Under the pieces are notes generated by a model. It did no database searches, was not told the origin of the DNA, and saw only the letters and a list, made by a program, of their open reading frames with translations. 64,000 nucleotides of DNA. Source: Synergistaceae bacterium. GTDB lineage: Bacteria > Synergistota > Synergistia > Synergistales > Synergistaceae. The stretch covers positions 7,341 to 71,340 of the forward strand of contig JAAYFL010000016.1 in the NCBI GenBank assembly GCA_012728235.1, written 5' to 3'. Of the stretch, positions 47,339-55,827 are shown one piece after another. Each line of letters opens with the position of its first letter. Position 1 is the stretch's first letter. The translations under genes were made by a program, and so were the position numbers.

Positions 47339-47581
47339 ATGCATACAATCGATACAATACGTGAACTTGTACGTCAACAACAGGGCTCAAGGATATTTTA
47401 CCGTGCAGCAAATGGAAGACGTAAAAAAGAAGAAAGAACAGGCGTAATAAAAGAAATTTATCCAAGTCTTTTCACTGTTTATATTGAATCTCAAAAAAGT
47501 ACGGTATCTTTTAGCTATGCTGATGTACTTACAAGAGAAGTTGATGTGCAATTAGAATCAACAGGAGAATCTTTGCTGTAA
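47339..47581 (+). CDS. veg: Veg family protein
   Basis: 80 aa. ANGRRKKEERTGVIKEIYPSLFTV...VSFSYADVLTREV closely parallels B. subtilis Veg. Confidence 0.85.
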   Translation: MHTIDTIRELVRQQQGSRIFYRAANGRRKKEERTGVIKEIYPSLFTVYIESQKSTVSFSYADVLTREVDVQLESTGESLL

Positions 47582-47599
47582 TTGATAACGTTATAGTTG

Positions 47600-47628
47600 G
47601 CCCCGGCATCTGCCGGGGCTTATTTTTT
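47600..47628 (+). terminator. intrinsic terminator after veg
   Basis: GCCCCGGC - ATCT - GCCGGGGC followed by TTATTTTTT. Confidence 0.85.
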
Positions 47629-47685
47629 ACTTAGCAAGTATAATGAAAACAATTTAAGAACTTAGGGCTAGAGGAGTATACAGAA

Positions 47686-48540
47686 ATGAGGCAAAGTGTA
47701 TTTTGTCCGATAAAATTTAACCTAACATTAAGAGTATTAGCTAAAAAAGATGATGGATATCATGAAATATGTTCGCTTTTTTGGAAGAAAAAAGGGCTAG
47801 ACAGGTTGACAATTACTGATATAAGCGATGACAATGTGTGTGATAAATTAACCATAAAAGGGTTTACAATAAATAATACAAATATTTTAATGAAAACAAT
47901 CTTCTGGGCCAGATCGTTGGGATGTAAAATTCCTCCATTACAATTAGAATTGGAAAAAAACATGCCGATAGGAAGCGGAATAGGTGGAGGAAGCGGTAAT
48001 GCAGCGGCATTGATTTTGCTTCTCAAGAAATATTACGGATTAAAAACAAGTAATATCGAAATTTCAAAACTAGGGTCTGATATTCCTTTTCTGTGCGGAG
48101 AAAGTGATATGGCCGAAGTTAGAGGAATAGGAGAAAAAATAGAAGATATTAACCATGACCTTGATTTTGTATCACTATTGGTATTTCCTAAATGGGAGAT
48201 TTCAACAGTAGAAGCATATTCAAAAGTTGATACTTATTGGCAAGGGAATTTCTCTGATAAAATTAAGGCAAATCAGGAAGTATCCACCATTTTAGGTCGT
48301 TTAAAACGTGGAGAAAAAATTGGGCTGCTACCTAATGATTTCTTTGAACCCATTTTAGAAGAACATCAAGAGTATGACCGAGCACAAAAAATTGCGGAAG
48401 ACTCAGATGCGTTAGCTTGGGGGCTTAGCGGGAGCGGAAGCGCTTTTTTCGCTCTCTACAAAAACTTACATAAAACAAAGCTTGCACAGAATAAATTTAA
48501 GAATGAATATTGGGTCAAACAAATAAACATATTGGAGTGA
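47686..48540 (+). CDS. ispE: 4-diphosphocytidyl-2-C-methyl-D-erythritol kinase
   Basis: GHMP kinase motif PIGSGIGGGSGNAAA and KFNLTLRV at the N-terminus. Confidence 0.9.
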   Translation: MRQSVFCPIKFNLTLRVLAKKDDGYHEICSLFWKKKGLDRLTITDISDDNVCDKLTIKGFTINNTNILMKTIFWARSLGCKIPPLQLELEKNMPIGSGIGGGSGNAAALILLLKKYYGLKTSNIEISKLGSDIPFLCGESDMAEVRGIGEKIEDINHDLDFVSLLVFPKWEISTVEAYSKVDTYWQGNFSDKIKANQEVSTILGRLKRGEKIGLLPNDFFEPILEEHQEYDRAQKIAEDSDALAWGLSGSGSAFFALYKNLHKTKLAQNKFKNEYWVKQINILE

Positions 48541-48542
48541 TT

Positions 48543-49355
48543 ATGATGAGAGGTCAAAGAACAGAGAGACTAGTAAGGCTTGCCTCTAAATTCATGCTTT
48601 GTCCTTCTAAGCTTGTTTCACTAACACAGCTTGCAAATGAATTTAACGTCTCTAAGACTGTAATCAGTGATGATGTAGAGGTTATTAACTCTGCGATGAA
48701 TGCAGAAGGTTTTGGCCAGATGCAAGTAGAGAGAGGTCGCAGCGGTGGAGCAAGGTTTATACCTCTATGTACAAAAGAGTATAAGACTGAGATATTAAGT
48801 GAAATGGCGAAAGAACTTACAAATCCTGATAGAAATTTACCGGGAGGGCTAATTTATTATAGTGATATGATTTTTAATCCTGAAAGAGCTCTTCCACTTG
48901 GATACGCAATGGAATCAATGTTTGTAGACAGAGCCCCTGATGTAGTAATGACATCTGAAGTAAAAGGTATACCAATAGCCATGTTCGCAGCATACGCACT
49001 TGGAGTCCCATTAGCAGTTTGTCGATTCAGAAATAGACCGAGTGACGGTGCTGCAGTTGCGGTTCACTATCCCACTGGGAATGGCGATGTGAGAACCATG
49101 TACATGGGGACAAGATTACTAACTACAGGTAGCCGAGTCCTAATTGTAGATGATTTTATGCGTGGTGGCAGTACAGCGGCCGGGATGTTGCTCATGGCAA
49201 AGCAATTTCGTGCAGAAGTGGTAGGAGTAGGCGTTTTTATTGCTTCACAAGAGCCAAAGAAAAAAGCTGTTCCTGAGTATTATTCATTGTTAACCTTGAA
49301 ACAAGATAATGACAATGCAAGCTTGACAGTTACAGACAATAAGTTTAAAAAATAG
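48543..49355 (+). CDS. purR: pur operon repressor
   Basis: N-terminal winged helix plus a PRT-like domain (VLIVDDFMRGGSTAAG). PGGLIYYSD motif. Conserved ispE-purR order. Confidence 0.9.
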   Translation: MMRGQRTERLVRLASKFMLCPSKLVSLTQLANEFNVSKTVISDDVEVINSAMNAEGFGQMQVERGRSGGARFIPLCTKEYKTEILSEMAKELTNPDRNLPGGLIYYSDMIFNPERALPLGYAMESMFVDRAPDVVMTSEVKGIPIAMFAAYALGVPLAVCRFRNRPSDGAAVAVHYPTGNGDVRTMYMGTRLLTTGSRVLIVDDFMRGGSTAAGMLLMAKQFRAEVVGVGVFIASQEPKKKAVPEYYSLLTLKQDNDNASLTVTDNKFKK

Positions 49356-49363
49356 GAAATAAG

Positions 49364-49392
49364 TTGACGTAATAGAAATTTTAGCGTAAAAT
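49364..49392 (+). promoter_or_regulatory. candidate promoter of the ferredoxin-tRNA unit
   Basis: TTGACG (49364-49369), exact 17-nt spacer, TAAAAT (49387-49392). Confidence 0.55.
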
Positions 49393-49420
49393 TCTTCGCT
49401 GTAAGGACGGTAGGTTACTG

Positions 49421-49600
49421 ATGATAATAAGAATTAACTTAAACGATTGTATAGGTTGTGGGGTCTGTTCTCACGTTTGTCCGGAGAATTTTGCTTTAGA
49501 TGATGAAAAGGGACTCGCCTATGTTATCTCTCAGGACTACACTCCTTTAGTAAAAGAAGCAATTGACAGTTGTCCTGTCTCTGCGATAGCGTATAGTTAA
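49421..49600 (+). CDS. small [4Fe-4S]/[3Fe-4S] ferredoxin (59 aa; below the ORF-track cutoff)
   Basis: Hand translation gives MIIRINLNDCIGCGVCSHVCPENFALDDEKGLAYVISQDYTPLVKEAIDSCPVSAIAYS. This shows the CxxCxxC...CP ferredoxin pattern. The RBS is weak. Confidence 0.7.
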   Translation: MIIRINLNDCIGCGVCSHVCPENFALDDEKGLAYVISQDYTPLVKEAIDSCPVSAIAYS

Positions 49601-49605
49601 AATAC

Positions 49606-49681
49606 GGGCCTATAGCTCAATTGGCAGAGCTCCCGGCTCATAACCGGATGGTTTCAGGTTCAAGTCCTGGTGGGCCCACCA
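49606..49681 (+). tRNA. tRNA with CAU anticodon (elongator Met, or Ile2 if lysidinylated), genomically encoded CCA
   Basis: The sequence runs GGGCCTA...TGGGCCC-A-CCA. The acceptor stem is 7 bp. The D-arm is AGCTCAATTGGCAGAGCT. The anticodon loop is CTCATAA. The T-arm is CAGGTTCAAGTCCTG. G1-C72 pairing argues against an initiator tRNA. Confidence 0.9.
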
Positions 49682-49690
49682 CTAAAATGT

Positions 49691-49717
49691 AAAACCCGGC
49701 ATAGCCGGGTTTTTTTA
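49691..49717. terminator. bidirectional intrinsic terminator after the tRNA and after the convergent 49715-50248 gene
   Basis: AAAACCCGGC-ATA-GCCGGGTTTTTTT. Confidence 0.85.
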
Positions 49718-50248
49718 TTTCATATTTTCGATAATTGTTGAAGCTGCTTTAATTAATTCGGCTTCCGTTGCATTTTTTGTTTCAAGGGTCAATGTTGATT
49801 TTAAATTAAGTTTGGTTACGATGCTAATTCCTGTCAAGGGATGATAGTTTACGGCTGCAGTATATACGGTGTAGTTTGTTTTGTGTGTGTTATTTGGAAA
49901 TTGTTTTACATACAGTTTAACTATTTTGTAAGTAGCGCCACTGCCTATGGGACCATCGCTTGTAACAGCTGTAATCTCCTCATTGATGTCCCAACTCTTT
50001 ACTCCGTTGCCATCGATTCTAGTCGCGTAAAATATTTTTCCGTCTGGATTTTTATATTCTCTTTCCAGCCAAATCCCCTTATTGCCAGAAACGGCCTCAA
50101 GTTTTGAAATACGCAAATCTTCATTTTTCCATCCTTCTATTTTGGGTAGCAGACCTTCTTCTTGAATGTTTGCAATTGCGGAAAGAGGAAATATGCAAAG
50201 CAATAATACTATGAAAATTAAATTAAAATAAAATTTTACTTTCGGCAC
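49715..50248 (-). CDS. hypothetical secreted protein
   Basis: 177 aa with signal-like LIFIVLLLCIFPLSAIANI and a GTG start close to AAGGGGAG. I recognise no family. Confidence 0.55.
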   Translation of the reverse strand: MPKVKFYFNLIFIVLLLCIFPLSAIANIQEEGLLPKIEGWKNEDLRISKLEAVSGNKGIWLEREYKNPDGKIFYATRIDGNGVKSWDINEEITAVTSDGPIGSGATYKIVKLYVKQFPNNTHKTNYTVYTAAVNYHPLTGISIVTKLNLKSTLTLETKNATEAELIKAASTIIENMK

Positions 50249-50362
50249 CTCCCCTTATGTCAAAAAAAATGCAATGAGTTTATTATACCCTTAGTAGCTT
50301 CAGTGGTAAATTTTACAGTAAACACATATAATATTTTAATTACAAGAAAAGGAGATACTACT

Positions 50363-51676
50363 TTGTCAAGATTTGCTATTAGAGTTTTCGGCTGCCAAAT
50401 GAACGATTACGATGCAGATCGTTTGCGCACAGCCATGATATATAAAAAATGGGTTGAGTGTCCTGAAGAAGAAGCTGATGTAATTATATTGGTTACTTGT
50501 AGTATCCGCGAAAAAGCTGAACATAAGGTGATAAGCACAATAGGGCGATATGACTTAAGGTTCAGAGCTAACGGCTCTCCTATCGTGATACTTGTGGGAT
50601 GCATGGCCCAGAGGATAGGCGTTGATTTGGCAAAAAAATTTCGTTGTATAAAACTTGTCTCAGGGCCAAGGCATCTTGGACTTGTCCCTGATAAGATTGA
50701 GGATGTAATAAGAGCCGGAAAAACACGTTTTCTTATGGATAATGATCCTCGTGAGCTCATTGACCTTGAAATTGTGCCAAAAGAACGAATAAATCCTTAT
50801 AAGGCATATGTAACAATTACATATGGCTGTGATAGGTTTTGCTCCTATTGTATCGTTCCATATGTAAGGGGTCGTTTACAGTCGCGTGAACATAAGAGTA
50901 TTACAGAAGAAATAAGGGCCTTAATTGACATGGGAGTAACGGAGGTAACACTTTTAGGGCAAAATGTTGATGCGTATGGAAAAGACAGGGAAGGGTTATT
51001 CAGTTTCGCCTCACTATTAAAAGAGATATCTATGCTAAACGGTTTAAAACGCTTACGTTTTACTACATCACACCCCAAAGATTTTGATAAAGAGATATTG
51101 GATGTGATGCAAGACTCTTCCGTGATATGTCCTTCAATAAATCTTCCCATTCAATCTGGTAGCGATAAAATATTGAAAATGATGCATAGAGGATATACTG
51201 TAGAACAGTATTTAACTCTAGTGAAAAAAATAAGAGAGTCACTTGCAGAGGTTAGCCTTACAACAGATCTTATTGTTGGGTTCCCCGGAGAGACTGAAGA
51301 CGATTTTAATGAGTCTTATAATATTCTTAAAGAGGTGCGCTACGATGTTGTACACACGGCGGCTTATTCTCCACGTGAAGGGACACTAGCTGCAAATATG
51401 AGTAATCATGTGGAAAAAGAAGTAAAAATTAGAAGATTGAATGAAATAAATAACGCACAAACTGTAATATCAAGAGAGTTAAATGAAGAATATGTCGGCG
51501 GAGAATATGAAATACTTCTCGATGGTATTGCACCAAGAGGAGAGGGATATCTCCAAGGAAGGACTATGACAGATAAAGTCGTAATTATAAAAGCGCCGGA
51601 AGATGAGATAGGTCAGTTCATCAGAGCTAAAATCACGAAAGCAAATAACTGGTCTCTTGAAGGAGAACGCATCTAA
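50363..51676 (+). CDS. miaB: tRNA-2-methylthio-N6-dimethylallyladenosine synthase
   Basis: FGCQMN, TCSIREKAE and GCMAQR (N-terminal cluster), YGCDRFCSYCIVP (radical SAM) and a TRAM C-terminus. The TTG at 50363 lies 8 nt after AAGGAG and is preferred over the GTG at 50303. Confidence 0.9.
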   Translation: MSRFAIRVFGCQMNDYDADRLRTAMIYKKWVECPEEEADVIILVTCSIREKAEHKVISTIGRYDLRFRANGSPIVILVGCMAQRIGVDLAKKFRCIKLVSGPRHLGLVPDKIEDVIRAGKTRFLMDNDPRELIDLEIVPKERINPYKAYVTITYGCDRFCSYCIVPYVRGRLQSREHKSITEEIRALIDMGVTEVTLLGQNVDAYGKDREGLFSFASLLKEISMLNGLKRLRFTTSHPKDFDKEILDVMQDSSVICPSINLPIQSGSDKILKMMHRGYTVEQYLTLVKKIRESLAEVSLTTDLIVGFPGETEDDFNESYNILKEVRYDVVHTAAYSPREGTLAANMSNHVEKEVKIRRLNEINNAQTVISRELNEEYVGGEYEILLDGIAPRGEGYLQGRTMTDKVVIIKAPEDEIGQFIRAKITKANNWSLEGERI

Positions 51677-51691
51677 AATCGGAGGGGCATA

Positions 51692-52402
51692 ATGCATAAT
51701 TCAGAAAAGAACAAGAATGTATTAGTCATAACGAGCATAGTTTGTTTTTTGCTTGCGGCAGCATTGCTATACTCGTTTAAGGGACGTTTTGGTCAAGAAA
51801 CGGAAGAAAAGATGTCTTCACGTACCATTACTATGGAGGACACGATAGATGTTACGAGTAATAATACTTCTGTGGTTAATCAATCTTCACGTGCATCGAA
51901 AATAGTTGTTGAATCTCCTGAAGAAGAAAAAATATGGGTTGTCTATTTGACTGGAGCTGTAAAAAATCCAGGCGTTTATCATGTTCCATTTGATTCTCGT
52001 GTGTATCAGGCACTAGAAGTAGCAGGAGGGTTTGCTAATGAGGCGAACAAAGAGGCGGTCAATCTCGCAGCTTCTTTGGGAGATGGAGTGCATATGCATT
52101 TTCCACGTAAGGGAGAGGTTTTAGATGGACAATCATCACCAACGCCTTCTACTCATACTAACATGGGGAATGTTGTACCGGGTGGTTACGGAAATGTCAA
52201 CAAGTCTCTGATTAATGTCAATACTGCCACACAAAATGAGCTTGAGTCGTTACCTGGTGTCGGCCCCAAAACGGCTCAATCTATAATTGCTTACAGAGAA
52301 ACGAAGGGTAGTTTTTCTAGGATAGAGGATTTAATGCTTATAAAAGGAATAGGAGCAAAAAAGTACGATGGATTAAAAGATTTTGTTACAGCCATCAAAT
52401 AA
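51692..52402 (+). CDS. comEA: competence protein ComEA (SLBB + helix-hairpin-helix DNA-binding)
   Basis: N-terminal TM segment, VYLTGAVKNPGVY (SLBB), and NVNTATQNELESLPGVGPKTAQSIIAYRE...IKGIGAKK (HhH). Confidence 0.85.
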   Translation: MHNSEKNKNVLVITSIVCFLLAAALLYSFKGRFGQETEEKMSSRTITMEDTIDVTSNNTSVVNQSSRASKIVVESPEEEKIWVVYLTGAVKNPGVYHVPFDSRVYQALEVAGGFANEANKEAVNLAASLGDGVHMHFPRKGEVLDGQSSPTPSTHTNMGNVVPGGYGNVNKSLINVNTATQNELESLPGVGPKTAQSIIAYRETKGSFSRIEDLMLIKGIGAKKYDGLKDFVTAIK

Positions 52403-53822
52403 TCAAAGCCCTATAGCGACTGCACCAGCTTACGTTGTTTTATTAGTACTTTGCTGTGCTCTTTTTTTGAACAGTCGCAATTATTCAATCTTCTACGCTC
52501 TTTTTGCTTCAATTTTGTTTGGAGCTTCTTGGATGTTAGCAGGAGAGAAAAAAATGTCATCTGATAGAATTACAATGTTTATTTTTCTGTTAACACTTTC
52601 TTTTCTTTTTTCATTTTACTCTTTATTGCAAATAAACAAAAAAAATATATTGCCTTCTACTATTGAAACGACAGGCAAGGTGCTCATTAATCGACAGTGG
52701 GGCAAATCAAAGGCAATACTAATAAAAACCAAATGTGGCAAGTTGGTTGCTTATACACATGGTTCTTTAGCTCCTGAAGAAGGATCTAGAGTCGTAGTAA
52801 GAGGAGCTTTGTTTGACTTTAAAGGAGCCGGACAAAATAAGAAAAAATTTGACGAGAATCTTTTTTGGCGTTCTAAAGGTGCTATTAAAAAAATTGTAAT
52901 CTTAGAACTTGCTGAAATTTCTCCTCCGTCTGGTGTTTATAGGTGGAGAAATTATTTAAGAGAAATTATCAAGGATAAACTCCCAACAAATTTAAGTGCA
53001 TATATGCTCGCGCTCACAGTTGGAGAAAAAGATAAGGCTCTTTCTGAAATACACAGAAAAGTTGGAACATCTCATTTATTAGCGGTTTCAGGATTTCACA
53101 TTGGTCTACTTGCATTAATTTCTACGTTATTTTTACGTAGAGGAAAGAAAAAAATCATTGGAACTACATTACTTATATGGGGAGCAGTTTTATTAACAGG
53201 TCTTCCGCCGGGAGCAGTAAGGGCAGCACTTATGTTACAGATATTTCTTATAGGATTATTATTGGGTAAACCGAAAAATGCGTTTAATAGCGTAGCCATA
53301 GCCGGGATATTGATGTTGCTTTTTAATCCGTGGTCATTTTATGACATAAGTTGGCGCCTTTCTATGCTTGCAACAATCTTTCTTTCGTCTGTTATAAACG
53401 TTAAGTGGTTTAATTTGTCTAGAATATGCATCCCGTCTATTTTAGTCTGGTTCGTTACGGCGCCTTTAGTATCAATTTCATTTCAAGAGGTGCCTTTAGC
53501 AGGAACTTTAATCAATATTATTGCAGTTCCGCTGTTCGCCATTTTATTTCCTATAATAATCCTGGTCTCAATTCCCTTGCTCATAGACCTTCCTTTTGCT
53601 AAAGTTTTGGCAGCACCTGCAGAATGTGTTTTAGAAGCATGGAATATATTCTCAAATATTTTCGCGAAAGTTTTTCCTTGGTCAATTATTTCTACATTGC
53701 CATTAATCTTTACCTCTGTTTTTATTATAGTTACGGCAACAGCATTTGCATCAGGAATGTCGCCCAAAAAAAGTTTATTTATTGGGGTGATACTTGCATC
53801 AACTTTTTTATTATTGATTTAG
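52383..53822 (+). CDS. comEC: ComEC/Rec2 family DNA internalisation channel protein (short form)
   Basis: 479 aa polytopic protein with the competence-domain signature SHLLAVSGFHIG. Adjacent to comEA. There is no room for a C-terminal metallo-beta-lactamase domain. Confidence 0.8.
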   Translation: MLQPSNNQSPIATAPAYVVLLVLCCALFLNSRNYSIFYALFASILFGASWMLAGEKKMSSDRITMFIFLLTLSFLFSFYSLLQINKKNILPSTIETTGKVLINRQWGKSKAILIKTKCGKLVAYTHGSLAPEEGSRVVVRGALFDFKGAGQNKKKFDENLFWRSKGAIKKIVILELAEISPPSGVYRWRNYLREIIKDKLPTNLSAYMLALTVGEKDKALSEIHRKVGTSHLLAVSGFHIGLLALISTLFLRRGKKKIIGTTLLIWGAVLLTGLPPGAVRAALMLQIFLIGLLLGKPKNAFNSVAIAGILMLLFNPWSFYDISWRLSMLATIFLSSVINVKWFNLSRICIPSILVWFVTAPLVSISFQEVPLAGTLINIIAVPLFAILFPIIILVSIPLLIDLPFAKVLAAPAECVLEAWNIFSNIFAKVFPWSIISTLPLIFTSVFIIVTATAFASGMSPKKSLFIGVILASTFLLLI

Positions 53823-53924
53823 GTGTTATAAAATGGTCGAATCCTTGAAATATAAATAAATATAATTTGTTATATAATTAAGCTTTATGTTACTTATATG
53901 TTTTTTACTTATGGAGGTATTCCT

Positions 53925-54686
53925 ATGTTACTCGTTCTCGACATTGGCAACACAAATACTGTAGCGGGTGTTTTTTCTGAGAAAAAATTAATAGAACAAT
54001 GGCGTCTTACATCTAAAAAAAGGACAACGGATGAAGTAGGAATTATGATATTAGAATTATTGAACTCATCTTCAATAAGAAAAAAGGATATTACAGCCGC
54101 CATTTATGCAAGCGTAGTTCCTTCTCTTGATGAAATGTTCATTGAAGGAGTTAAACAATACATAGGTGTACCATGTATGAAGGTCAATGCATCTTTAAAT
54201 ACTGGGTTGAAAATAAATATGAAAAACCCGGCAGAGGTAGGAGCAGATAGAAAATTAAATTCGGTAGCAGGGATTGAAAAATATGGCTACCCTCTTGTTA
54301 TAGTAGATTTAGGCACAGCCATAACTTTAGATATTATTTCGCAACAAGGCGAGTATATAGGTGGTATTATTTCTCCCGGTATGGAATTGGGAATGGAAGC
54401 TTTATTCTCACATACAGCCAAACTACCGCAGATAGTACTTAAAGCACCAGATAACTATATTGGCAAAAGCACGATAGAAGCTATACAATCTGGAATTGTG
54501 TATGGAACAGTAGGCATGGTCGATACATTAATAGAAGGGGTTTTTAAGGAGTTGGGAGCCCCATGCAAAGTTGTGGCCACAGGAGGGCATGCAGAAATAT
54601 TGGCATTTCATTCTAAGATAGTAACGGAAGTCGATCCGTGGTTATCTCTTGAGGGAATGAGGATTATCTACGAAAGGAACAGTTAA
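53925..54686 (+). CDS. coaX: type III pantothenate kinase
   Basis: MLLVLDIGNTNT, GADR and DLGTAITLD motifs. The ATG at 53925 is preferred on the canonical N-terminus. Confidence 0.9.
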   Translation: MLLVLDIGNTNTVAGVFSEKKLIEQWRLTSKKRTTDEVGIMILELLNSSSIRKKDITAAIYASVVPSLDEMFIEGVKQYIGVPCMKVNASLNTGLKINMKNPAEVGADRKLNSVAGIEKYGYPLVIVDLGTAITLDIISQQGEYIGGIISPGMELGMEALFSHTAKLPQIVLKAPDNYIGKSTIEAIQSGIVYGTVGMVDTLIEGVFKELGAPCKVVATGGHAEILAFHSKIVTEVDPWLSLEGMRIIYERNS

Positions 54687-54706
54687 TCAAAGATGGTGAC
54701 ATTGTT

Positions 54707-55789
54707 TTGCAAGATAAAATAAATAAAAAGTTAATTGACAATCTTCCCAACAGATTTCCAAAGAAAATAGGAGGGGTAACAGTAGATAATCCGGTGTGGC
54801 TCGCTCCGCTGGCCGGAATAACGTTTGCGTCGCTTCGTAATTTCCATAAAAACTTAGGAGCCGGTTTGGTTCATACAGAAATGGTAAGTGCAGTAGGGCT
54901 TTATAGGGGAGGTCGCAAAACAAGGGAACTTTTGAATGGTATAGAAAGCGAACGTCCTGTCGTACTACAGCTTTTTGCATCTAATTCAGAAGAAATTATA
55001 CGCGGTGCAGAAATAGCATTAAATATTAGAAAATTCGAAGCTATACAAATAAATATGGCTTGTCCAATGCCTAAAGTAACAAAAAAAGGGTGTGGCTCTA
55101 AGTTACTAGAAAACCCTTTAGAATCATATAAGATAATAAAAAGATTAAAGACATTAGGGATTCCTATCTGGTCAAAAATTAGAATAATTCCACAACAAAG
55201 AGAGATAACGACTATTGATTTTTGTGATAATCTCTTTTCAGCGGGAGCGGACTTTATTATTGTACATGGCAGAACAGCATCGCAAAGATATGAAGGACAA
55301 GCTTCATTGCAAGAAGTTGAAAAAGTTGCTCTGAAATTCCCCGGTTTTATTGGTGGAAGTGGAGATTGTTATACACCTGAGATTATGATGGATTATCTAA
55401 AAGCTGGTTGTACCGCAGTGCTTGCAGCAAGAGGTGCATTGCGTGATGTTTTTTTAATACCCAAAACATTAAAAATGCTTGGATATTGTGTTCAAGACTG
55501 CTTAACTAATCCTGATTTAGATGCGCAGGCAAAGCTTCTTCTTGAATTAGGGCGTAGCGTTTATAATACCGAAGGACAGGCATTGGCACTTATGATTTCA
55601 CGCAGGATGCTTGCAGCATTGTTCAAAGGGTTTCAAGGAGCAACACAGATACGTAGAAGAGGTGCTCTTGCACGAACATGGAGTGAAATGGAAGAACTAC
55701 TTTTAAACTGGGAGGAACTTTCTTCTGGACCCAAATTAGAATTTACAAAAGACAAGTTTCCGCACGGTGTTATAGGTGAGTTTTTATAA
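54707..55789 (+). CDS. tRNA-dihydrouridine synthase
   Basis: LAPLAGITFASLR, VVLQLF, INMACPMPKV (catalytic Cys) and VHGRT motifs. TTG start. Confidence 0.85.
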   Translation: MQDKINKKLIDNLPNRFPKKIGGVTVDNPVWLAPLAGITFASLRNFHKNLGAGLVHTEMVSAVGLYRGGRKTRELLNGIESERPVVLQLFASNSEEIIRGAEIALNIRKFEAIQINMACPMPKVTKKGCGSKLLENPLESYKIIKRLKTLGIPIWSKIRIIPQQREITTIDFCDNLFSAGADFIIVHGRTASQRYEGQASLQEVEKVALKFPGFIGGSGDCYTPEIMMDYLKAGCTAVLAARGALRDVFLIPKTLKMLGYCVQDCLTNPDLDAQAKLLLELGRSVYNTEGQALALMISRRMLAALFKGFQGATQIRRRGALARTWSEMEELLLNWEELSSGPKLEFTKDKFPHGVIGEFL

Positions 55790-55827
55790 AAAAAGAACTA
55801 TTTAAGTAGAAAGAGGACGTGGTTTTA

